Notes under the pieces: generated by a model
Databases searched by the model: none
Seen by the model: only the letters and a program-made list of their open reading frames with translations
What the model was told of the DNA's origin: nothing
From: Sphyrna mokarran
Taxonomy: Eukaryota
Assembly (NCBI GenBank): GCA_024679065.1
Contig: JAGIQG010000010.1
Coordinates: 75,950,001 to 76,014,000, forward strand
Direction: 5' to 3'
DNA: 64,000 nt
In this document: one piece after another, positions 37,851-48,920 of the stretch
Layout of the letters: each line of letters starts with the position of its first letter
Position numbering within the stretch: the first letter of the stretch is position 1
Position numbers and translations under genes: made by a program

Positions 37851-40820
37851 AAATTAAATTTGGAGTCAGGATGGTGCATGATCTGGAGGGGAACTCACAG
37901 TTGTTAATCCCGTGTGCATGTTTCCTTTGTTTATTTAAGTGGGAAAGGCCAAAGATTCATAATATGCTGTCAAAAAAATGGTAAATTGCTGCATTTTGTA
38001 TCTGGCGTATACTGAGGGCACTCTGTACTTGGTGGAAACAGTAAATGTTGAAGGTGGTGGATGGGGTGCCAATAAAACGAGCGGATTTGCTCTAGGTGGT
38101 GTTGAACTTCTCGAGTGCTGATGGAGTTGCACTCACCCAGGCAAGTGGAGGGCATTTAATTATACTCCTGACTTGCACCTTTTAGATGTGGACAGGGTTT
38201 GGGGAGACAGGAGAAGAATCAGATTCCAAAGAACATTTGACTCTGACCCAAACTACTAGCCACAGTATTTAGGTGGTGCTCTGGCCATTGGTGACCTTTC
38301 GGGTGTTGAGGTGAGCGATTCGGTGATGGTAGCACCATTGAGTCTCAAGGAGAAGTGTTTAAGATCTCTTCTCCTTGGGGATAATTGCTGACATTGGCCT
38401 GCATGAATGTTGTCACCAATTAGCACCCAATGATGCTGTTTTAATTACAAAATGTTACTAGCAATTGGGAGGCAATGTCTGTGCGAACTATATCAATATT
38501 TAGGTCATTTTTCCTTGCATCAATTATATTTCAAACCTCGATATTTTGTCACCATTACTTTATTTTACAAATGATTCCAAATAAGTGACCTCTTGAAATA
38601 AAGCCACATCTTTTTCATTCATTCCCCATGCATCCTCTTTGTTCCAGGGTTGTTACATTTCCCAGAACTACGTTCTGACTGTAATTTCTCTGTTTTTTTC
38701 CCACATAGCTCGCCCTCCCATTTTTACATTTAGGGGACATCTTCTTGTTCTGTTCTCTATCACTTCTGAAATGAATTCCTTCCAGTTCCGGGTATCGGCT
38801 GCCCAAAACTGAGCTCACGATCCAAAGGGTGTATTTTGCTGGAGTTTTCAGGGGATTATGGATCTTTGCCAAGCAACTAGCCTGCTAATATCGCTTTTCT
38901 TTTGCCTGGCTAGAATTTTCTTAGCTGCAGTTTGCTGGGAGAGAAGCCTGTATCTGTGCAAATATTTTCAGCCTCAGAATGCCATCCCAGGAGGTGAGTG
39001 TTCGGAAATGACAAGGTCCTGCTCTCACGGTCAACTTGTCGGCCAGTTTAAAATGTATTATGAGTGTTCAGTAGTTTAAGGCAAGGCCTGAGGCATCGAG
39101 GCGTTAAACACATTGTTAACTCAGACTTTAGCACCACCAAGATGTCAAACCATTCGGTAAAATACTGAAGGGTTGTCAAACTCCCTCCGACTAGAGATTC
39201 ACACACCGCGTTGTGGCTGAGTCAAGACGCAAAGGCCCACAGTGTCAAGGGGTCACCTGGACTCCAAACATCAGCTCTTTCCTCTCCTTATAAATGCTGC
39301 TAGACCTGCTGAGATTTTCCAGCATTTTCTCTTTTGATAAACCAACACTGAACTTGGAACAAAAACAGAAAATGCTTGAGATTTGACAACATCTATGGAG
39401 ACAAAATGGAGCCAAAGTTCCGTGTCTGGATGACCCTCAGAGCTGAAGGCAAAGAAAACCAGACAAGGTTTATACTATGAGGATGGCTCCATTCAGACCA
39501 GCTGAATTTCTCCAGCATTTTTTGTTCTTGTTTCAGATTCCAGCATCTGCAGTGTTTTGCCTTTATTTTACTGAACTTGCAATGTGAACTGATATAGCTC
39601 TTCCCACCTCTGTACTTTGGTCCCTGTTCTGACAGTATAGCACAACATAGTTCATTAATTTGACGTCAGGATGTATAAATTCATTCATTTCATCTAACAG
39701 TATTAATGTTTTTTTAAATCAGTGTGAAGTTAAATTGGGGTGTGATTGGGATGCGCAAGGATCTTAAAGCTGATGCTTTGGTTGGAGGGAAGACAAGTGT
39801 AAAGTTGGTGAAGAGCCTTGACTATTTGACTGCAATCCTGATATAGATCACAATGCCACGTAAACATTGAACAGGTTATTAAAGGGGCGGATGAAATGAA
39901 CTTTCTTCGACAGAAAGATGCATCGATTGTTTTTGTTTGAAAATTTTTGAATTATTCCAAGATTTTTCAGGCTAATTTAATAAATGGAAACAATCAGTTT
40001 TCGAGACAACTGATTTGCTTAGAATTAAGTACTTTCGGATAAAAAATTTCCTTTTTTTTCAAATGTGGTGACTGGTTTTCATAGAATCATAGAATTCCTA
40101 CAATGCAAGAGAGGCCATTTGGCCCATCGAGTCTGCACTGACTCTCTGACATAATACCTGGCCCAGATCCTATCCCATAACCCCTCACATTTTCCATGGC
40201 TCATCCATTTAACCTACACATCTTGGAACACCAAGGGACAATTTATATGTATGTTTATATATTTATACGCCAAGATCGCACAGGCGCAGTATCACTTTCG
40301 TTGGTTTTACAAGTCACAATTAAATGTTGCCATTTTATTTCTCCTGGATTAATATGTAGGCGCCTCATTACTCAATATGGCGAACGGCCTTGAAGAAGAG
40401 TTTTCAATTGCTGCCTTTCTAAATGGAGGGACACGAGTTTCACCGGCGCACGTTTTGTTGCCCGACTCCATTGCAAACTTTTAATCTTCACCAGTAGAAC
40501 AATGCTGACTTTTGCCCTCTAACCATTGTACAAACACCCCTCCCGCTCAGCTTTGCCAGCAAACACAGTTTATGGTCTGCCGTTTCACAGCAACGCATAG
40601 CAACGCCAGTCAACTCATCGGCAATAAGATCAATTATCTAGCTCTATTTATTCGATAACAAGTAGGAAGTATCAAAGTACGTTTTCCAGTACAATGGACA
40701 AAGTGATAGCGTGACCTATCCTCCCCTTGCCAACAATCAGCGGGCCTACTCATACCAATTGGTAGAAAGGTTAAATTGACTGATTAGTTTGTATTAAATT
40801 CTCTAAATCTGTATTGTTAA

Positions 40821-40826
40821 TTTATT
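40821..40826 (-). terminator. Candidate Cdx2 polyadenylation signal
   Basis: AATAAA on the minus strand about 1.06 kb past the Cdx2 stop, at the end of a U-rich UTR. Confidence 0.4.
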
Positions 40827-41882
40827 ATGAAACAACAGAAATACAAGTTAAATGCAAACTTGCAGGTTGTTGGACAAAGGAACTGCTTTTGTATTTATAA
40901 CATAGGCATACCCGTTCATCTTTCATATTCAATGAGAATTAATATCGGAGAGTATGGCAACTTACAGAAAGCTCCTCACACTCTACACACACTGTTATTG
41001 TCAGGGCATTATAACTGCAATTTTCAAAAAAAGATTTCACATTATCGATGTTCTTATGCAATGCCGATAAAGCATTAGCGGATCGTTAAGCAATTGTGGG
41101 TGAGCTCACTACTGTAAAACTAATCCATTAACTTCTGCGAAAGTGCTTTTCTCTCTCTTTCCAAATGCGACCAAAACGGATGATTTACTACATCAATACC
41201 CTAGAGCCATCACAGCACAAGAATGTGACCGCCCCCCCCGACCCACCGCGCCCATAAAACAGTACTGCAACATTACAATTAACTTCCCAACATCTCGTAA
41301 AATAAATCAAATTCTGATATTTAAAATCTACATCGCGATAAACTAATCTGTGCAGCACTAACACCTCAGATTTACAAAAGTGTATTTGAAAAGGAAAATA
41401 TGAAACTTATATACATCCAAAGCTGAAAAAATTGCATCAAGGACAATCCCATCCGGGAGCATTTCTGGGGAGGAAAGAGGTTCACATTTGAAATGCCGAA
41501 ATACAACTGATAGTATTTCTCTGGGTCAATAACCCCACAGTTGACAATTATATTAAACTAATCATTTCTCAGTTTTGTAGCCCGAAACACACAGGGGAAA
41601 ATATCCAAGTTACAATCGGTTCACGTTGTCGGTTTAGCCGTGGCAAGTTTTCAGAATCTCATAGCTGCTTGTGGAAGTCTGGAATATAATGTCCAGACAT
41701 TGTCAGATATAAAAAGTCCAAAGCTTCCCTGGAGTACTGTAAAAAAATCTTCTCGGGCACTGACGGATCTGGAGTTCCGCGCTTGAAGAGGTGGCGGTTT
41801 ACATTTCTTGTCCCCCACCCATAGACACACACATACATACCCAGCCCCTGCCTCTTTCTATATCCGAAAGTCTAAGGGGTGT

Positions 41883-42077
41883 TCATTGAGAGACGGTACC
41901 AGGTAGGACCCCGCCGCCGGCAGTCAGCACTCCACCGTTCGGAACCGATAGAGAAGCGGCTGACCCGGGGGGGACTGGGCTGAGCCGGCCTGGCCCTTGC
42001 TGAGACTGCTGTTGCTGCAACTTCTTTTTCGTCAGTTTTCGCTCTTTTGCTCTTCTGTTCTGGAACCAGATCTTTAC
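41883..42077 (-). CDS. CDX2: Cdx2 exon 3 (homeodomain helix 3 and C-terminus)
   Basis: Acceptor atctcag|GTA (phase 0). [24 protein letters not shown]...[10 protein letters not shown]; the GGVL...TV.Q end is Cdx2-like. Confidence 0.95.
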   Translation of the reverse strand, partial: VKIWFQNRRAKERKLTKKKLQQQQSQQGPGRLSPVPPGSAASLSVPNGGVLTAGGGVLPGTVSQ

Positions 42078-43120
42078 CTGAGATATCATATGAAAAATAC
42101 GTCAGTACAATGCCACAAACCCAGTTTGCGTACACGCAGGAATTAGTACATTCAGACTACATAAATTACAAAGAAATACCAACTAAATAAATGTTCATAC
42201 TCTGAAGAGCATTGTTAATTAAGTATATGCAAATTATAATTTCAGATGCATAGATGGCTTGTTATGACTTTAGCTTTCCACCTAACAATCGAATAACAGC
42301 AAAGAGTAAATCTTAAATCGGTCTTTATTTTTACTTGCCCATAGGAACCTGCACATAAAATTATCTTTAGCATGTGGTGTCTAATACCTGTATTTAAAAT
42401 TGCCCTACACTTCGACAACAGATTTTGCCTCCGATTAGTGAAGTTATTGCAAAGAAGGGAGACCGCGGGTTTTTGCTGCGCTTTTAACGAACCAGGCAGT
42501 TTATAGAAGCCAAGTGGTGTCAAAAAGTGCACCACTGGAGATGCATGTATCACCGTTACAAATGTGATACATAATAACATAATTTCATCAGTCGATGCAA
42601 CTCGCTGGAATTGGATGGGCGATGATTAATATTTTGTTATGGCAACGGCAAATTAAAACCCATCGGATTTGCTGATCATGTGTTCTACATTATCTATGAT
42701 GAAAGACAGGTTCGAATCATTTTCATTGTTGATTTCCTATATTTGTGAAATTATAAATACTGGCTGCCCCGATTTCGATGAAACTTTTAGCGATCGACTT
42801 CCCTATTGCTCTGAGACAAAGTTTGAAAGGACATCCTTAAACTGCCGCCTGTTAAAGAAAATCACACTTCAAGGTTTATGCAGTGAAATTATAGCGGTTG
42901 AACGCACCCAATCAGATTCTTCCTACACATTTATCACCAGATTGGTATAGAAGAGTTTTCAAATATAATTTTTAAACTGTTCTGCGGTTTTACGAATTCG
43001 TCCATCGTCTCGATCAGAAGTGGAAAAAGAAGTGGATTTAGATGTTATTATCACGGTAAAATATGCAAGGCCCTCTGAATGTACAATGGACGCGACCAAG
43101 TGGCAATTCTGGTAACTGAC

Positions 43121-43266
43121 CTGTCTCTCAGACAGCCCCAGATTAGCTGCCAGCTCCGCTTTGCGCCGGATAGTGATATAGCGGCTGTAATGAAACTCTT
43201 TCTCCAACTCAAGTCTCTGGTGATCTGTATACACCACCCGATATTTGTCCTTTGTTCTGGTTTTAT
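43121..43266 (-). CDS. CDX2: Cdx2 exon 2 (homeodomain helices 1-2)
   Basis: Acceptor cttttatctcgtag|AT and donor CAG|GTCAGT; 146 nt. [48 protein letters not shown]. Confidence 0.96.
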
Positions 43267-46200
43267 CTACGAGATAAAAGGAGTTGAAGCCCATGTAATA
43301 AAAGCTAAATACATTTTGTATTATTGTGATGTCGATTCTCTGGGATTGGGAAACAATTGAATCTTTCTCGAGGCCTGAAATGAAATACCCATTGCAGTTA
43401 ATTAGGTAGTTAAATATCTGATAAATATTATTGAACGTATAGTGATTTGGTTTCTCATGTTGACTTGTTGCGGAGCTCATCCGAAAACAATTTCCGACAG
43501 CCATTGATAGCTACATGGAGACCTTCCGAAATACTGTGCCCCTGTTATTAGAAACATACACCGGCCAACATATAGGCTAATGTGTATTCATTTTCAGAAT
43601 TGCTCCATATAAAGGCGATTAATTTGAAAGAGTCAAAAACATAACTCAAAAATACGTCCTTGCAGATTAGATTAAAAGGTTACACGAGGTCAGTCAATAG
43701 CTGATCCCAAATGCATAAGCAGAGGATAAAATACAGGCGCCGCCTCGCTTAGCCTACAAAGTGCATCAAGTTGTCGATTCCCAGGGGGCAAACCATATTC
43801 GAAATGTATCTGCCTGGTTTTATTGTATAGATTAAATTATATATGTTTTCTATGCTCTGATGCTTCATTATCCAATTATATTCTCAACCATCTACCACTG
43901 TCCAACATCTTTAATATTTTTATCTGAAATTGCCCTGTACTTCTGCATCATATTTTGTCCCCGATCAAATGATCCTTCGAAAAATGCACAGATCAGTGAA
44001 ATCATTGCATAACAAATGATGCGTGCCTCATTTTCTGGCAAACTCGGTGTTCCATTCCCTCTTAGCAGGGCAGTTTCTGGTTAGAGATGGACCTTTGCCC
44101 CTTGTCCCACCAGCTGCATCATCCGAACCGGACTTATCATATTACTTATTTGGCACTCCTGACATGGTACGTTCTTGTTTACAATAAAGGATACCACTCT
44201 GGCGGAGAAAGCTGGGTAATGTGAGTCGAGATGATTAAAAGTTTTGAGGCAAGATTGGAAAGATCTTGCCCTGAGATTTTTTTAACTTGCTTCTTCGAAG
44301 CATTTGAAGTAACTCAGATTGATGCATTTCACAAGTGACCACCCGATTTTGATAGTTTTATTCATTAATCAACAGCCAAAGTGGAACACTACATAAGGCC
44401 AAACTTCAGATTGAAATTTCATAGCAGAAACTGCTTGTGTTAGTCAATAATGAAAAATGTAAGGCGCGGGGGGCGGATATTAATTTCGTGTGTATATTGT
44501 GGCTGGTTTAGGTCAAAGCCAGCGCTAGATTGTAGTAACAACAAGAGCTAATCGAAATAACTGATCAACCCACTGCCAAGGAAACGAATACCAAAGCTGG
44601 TCAATAATCTAGTTCACTGCTTTCACAGCGGGTTTGTGTATGTGTGTGTGAGGGCGGGGGGGGGAGGGGGGAATCATTTTGTAGTGCATTTCGTGTGCAT
44701 TTTGATAAAATGGACAAGTCAAGGATGTTAAAGAAATAAAGAACAGTTAATCTAAACATTATCATAACCTGCAAAACTAAAATCTCAGCGGCAAATGAGG
44801 CATTTGAGCTCTCGGGGAATGTTCACGTTCTGCAAAACAAAAAGCAGGTGAAAATGAGACACCTCACCCTCCTTCCCGCGGCGTGAGCAAGGTTCCTAAC
44901 ATTGAATCTTCCCAATGGCAATCCTAATACAAAAGAAGCAGGTGTGTTTATGTGTAAGGCTGGAAGTGTTTAAAAATACACTTGCATTGAGGCAAGTTGT
45001 TTTACTGATGGAGTTAAACCCGGATTTAATAATTATATCGGTTTATTTATTTTCGCTAGTGAGTGGAATCAGGCCTCACTCGCTCTGAATTTTTTTTCGC
45101 CTGTGGCAGGCTAACTGTTCAGGTAATTCACTGCAAACCACAACAAAAGCACCCTGCAAGGAAACATGTCTGATGTGGGGAATCTGTATACAGCTGTTTA
45201 AAGGAGAACACGGCTCAAACAATGCAGTACAAGACGATCTTATCAAAGGGAATTTTTCAGTGATGGAATAACAAACCCATTCTGTTTGAATCACCACTCC
45301 TGAACAAATGGCGGCAAAGGCTTTCATCACAGGCCTCGGCACATTTACATTTAAAACCCCATTCCTAAAAGAATGCTGAAGAATTTCAATAGGGAACCTG
45401 CTTCAAAGATCAGGATTGGGTATTGGGGCAGGGGCAGCGCAAACAGGCATTTTCAGAATGCGAAAAAAAATTGATCTGACAAATGTACTTTTAAAAAGAC
45501 ACATTAATCATCTAAAAACACATGGCTTATCTCGGGAAGCACGAATTACACAAATAACCTCTGGTTCTGAATGGAAGGGTCAGAGAACATACTGGGGACG
45601 GCTTAGGCCTCGTCATTATACTTTTCTACCCGTTTTACCAAAAAACTTAATTCTGTATAAACTGAATAAAAGTAAAAGAAAAACATACTTTTAAAAAGGC
45701 ATAGTTTCGTGTTTGAACAAATTCCAAGTTCTCAATAGATTTTTAGGGTGAAAAGGAACCTCACTTTTAGACTTCGACTTTTATTTTACCCAGAATTAAA
45801 GACTATTACTTTTGCAATCCAAACTGCTGCAATTTCTAATTGTTAGTTATGAGCGGTGTCTCTTTTCCCTGCTATTATTTTGAATTTAGAATACTAACGT
45901 GTACTGGAAATTAATGGTCACGTGATGAACGGGTTTAATGTATGGATGAGGATGTGTACTCATGGTGAGACTCATTAACCCAATTATTTTAATACATTGG
46001 AATAGTCTTGAATACATTTTAATTAAAGTTAAACCTCTGCAATTTGGCTAATTTTATTTATTATTATTCATGCATGTGGAACTTTTCAACGAGCGAGTGA
46101 AGTATCCGAAATAAATTTGTCTATGGACAATAAAGTGAAATTGAATTAAACTGAATTTGGATCATAATTTCACAGATATTGGGCGGAGATGATTGACATA

Positions 46201-48254
46201 AATGCGTGTCACAGATAACACTTCGTTAGTCGGAATGAGTAATATTTATTGTTCTGTGATGGCCTGGGAACTGAATGGGATCATGCAGAAATGTCAAAAT
46301 TCTTTATTTGCTGCGAAACGCGCCACCCTTTTCCGGGAGCTGGTCGGAACAATGGGCTGGAATTGGCAGAGTAAGGTGTATATCAAAGCACTCAATGTTG
46401 AAAGGTCCTAACACGTAAGAGATCAACCATCAGCTTGTAGCTTGAAGAAAAGGAAACGACATAAATAAATTAAAGAGAGTTGGGCTCCGTGCAGGTCTTC
46501 AGGCTAAAATAAATCTGCATCACAACTAAGAACGGCGCCTGGTCGTGCAGTCTCTTTACCATTTGAGTATTTGCATCTGACCCAAGAGTTGAACCGACAT
46601 CTTACTCTCCCACGCTGCCAACCGAGGTTGAGGGGCATCGCATCGCATTGAAGGTGCAAATTCTTCATAATTGAAACAGGCCTCCGAGGCTTCACTTCTA
46701 ACCGTCAAAAGTAGATCTCAGAAAACAGCTAATTTTGTGAAATATACTCTTAGCTATTTTGCTTTGCTTTCTCTGAATCTAAAAGTTACATCAACGCTGT
46801 TAAATCCTAACCAAGTCTCTCCTGCCAACTAAAATAGCGTGTTATATTGGAATACTGGTTGAAGAGTTAACAAGAGTGAAACCATTATTTTAATGTTGTA
46901 TACGAACCTGGATAAGTGAAGATTTGTTGTATCAGAGAGTGCCTTGGAAATAATTTTGTGAAAGTTAATGTTAATTTTCGGTGAGTGAGGAGTGTTCTAG
47001 GTGGAGCTGAGGGAACGCAGAACCCATTCTAAATTACTGTACACCACGCAAGTGGTAACCAGTGTTCAGGCCGATCATTCATAAAATTATACAGTTGTTT
47101 AATGCTTGGAAAATAGCGGGTACTAATAAAAGTATTTGCTTAATGACACAGAAACAATTGTCAGACGACACTCTTCAGTGATTTATATGGCCGAAATTGG
47201 TTATAAAATCTTCGAATGTCGATAACAGGGTTTGGAATTATTGCAATTAAAGCATGTCTCCACATTTTAAATCTCTTATCAGGATTGCTAATGTATAAGT
47301 CAAGGTGAAAGAAGGCAGAAGGAATGGCAGCCACAGAACAGCGTTACAAATTTACTATCATTCATTTATACATTAATAATAATGCTATTATATTGGCCTG
47401 TTACAACCAGTGTCCACATGAGAACGATAATAAATGCTGCTAACCTTGTAGCACAATGCACACATGGAACTGTTCTTTCAGACATCACCATGGAAAACAT
47501 TCTAACAAGGTATCACCTCCTCATTTATTAGTGTTTAAGCGAAATTTTCCTGACAGTTTGACAGCGAATGATACATACTATAAATAGATGATTGGTGCAT
47601 ATTGTTGGTACACAGGCTGCCTACATCAGGATCCTATTTGTGGTTCGGATGGGTAAATCTTAAAGGTAAGAAGTTTTTTTTTCCAACGCTGTTTATTATG
47701 CGTAGAATTTTTAACAGGGTGCTGCTTCCGTAGTCTTACTGGGTTTGAAGGTTAAATTATTTTACTGTATTGGTCTGATTTTGATGAAACCCAGCGTCAA
47801 GAATATTTGCTTACACTGACTCGGTACAGAGAATTCGAGTTTATAACCTATCTGTAAAAAAAATGCGATCAATATCCCCAGATGCGGTTGGGGTTGCGGC
47901 AGAGGGGATTTCCTCCCCTCGCGCAATACAAAAAAATCAGATCATTCTTCTTTACATGTGGTATCTAGAAAATTAAATGCAATATGATTACAATTACAAA
48001 TTTGTCGTGGCTTTTAATTTAAGGGCTGGACTATTCCCTACAAGGAAGCAATGGGCAGTTTAGTTTGGCAGCTAACTTTTAACATCAACTGCCAGTGAAT
48101 CTTCACAGCAGAAATGCACGAAAGCCTCGCTTTTTGCACGGTTTATGCTAGCGGGAGAGCTGAGGCGACTGTGGTAGTAAAATGAGAAAGAAGCACTTGG
48201 CAGCATTCCCTCCATCACGCTCAGCTTGGGGGATTTTAGGACACACAATCTTAC

Positions 48255-48684
48255 CCGTAGATGATAGCTGCTGTCCTGGTTTCCTCATCCACTGGTAAGG
48301 GTTGCGCCTTTGGCTGTTGGGAGAATGCTGTTCCAAAAGGTTATTGTTTAAAGGCTGTATGGCAGCAGCTGAGCCCGGGGCCTGGACCGAGTTATAATCT
48401 GTAGGGTTGTAAGACAGGGTCCCCGGTGCAGAGTTGATGGCGTGCACCGTGTTTGGAGGTGCCGCGTAAGCACCCCACTCCTCCCGGGAAGGGCCATAAG
48501 GAGAGGGCCAGGATCCTGAAGCTTGCGGGTGGTTGTCCAAATTCACCCCGGGTACATGATAACCAGCATAGTCCGAGTACTGTGGCGCGCTGACAAAATT
48601 CTGAGCGCCTAGATTGATGCCAGAATGCCGGACGGATCCTGAGTACATGTTCATGTCTTTATCCAAAAGATAGCTCACGTACAT
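48255..48684 (-). CDS. CDX2: Cdx2 exon 1 (caudal activation domain and hexapeptide)
   Basis: GCCACCAACATG start context. MYVSYLLDKDMNMYSGSVRHSGINLGAQNFVSAPQYSDYAGYHV resembles the Cdx2 N-terminus; hexapeptide PYQWMRK. Donor G|GTAAG (phase 1). Spliced total 430+146+195=771 nt, 256 aa. Confidence 0.95.
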
Positions 48685-48814
48685 GTTGGTGGCAGGGCGC
48701 AATCGGCATGCTGCTTTGGAAAGATCCAGAGTATTAATTTGGGGGACCTTTTTTCCTGGTTTGCCTTGAGCAGTGTCTCTCCAAAGGTGATCAGGACGAT
48801 CCGCCCGTGTCCCA

Positions 48815-48920
48815 CATGATTAACGATTGTTTACAAGCTTCTATTAGTAATGGCAAACTAAAGGCAGGTGACGTCAACTAATTCGTCCTGCCAAAGATTT
48901 GCATTTAAAAAGATAAGGAG
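48815..48920 (-). promoter_or_regulatory. Cdx2 core promoter
   Basis: Minus strand: GATA site, octamer ATGCAAAT (48897-48904), CRE TGACGTCA (48869-48876), then CATTACTAATAGAAGCTTGTAAACAATCGTTAATCA, which closely resembles my recollection of the mammalian CDX2 start region. Confidence 0.75.

Noticed and set aside
48685-48702. Upstream non-ATG start (MRPATN) for Cdx2, and ORF continuation to 48148
   Set aside because: The conserved MYVSYLL start has good Kozak context at 48684, and the ORF tail lies past the GT donor at 48254.
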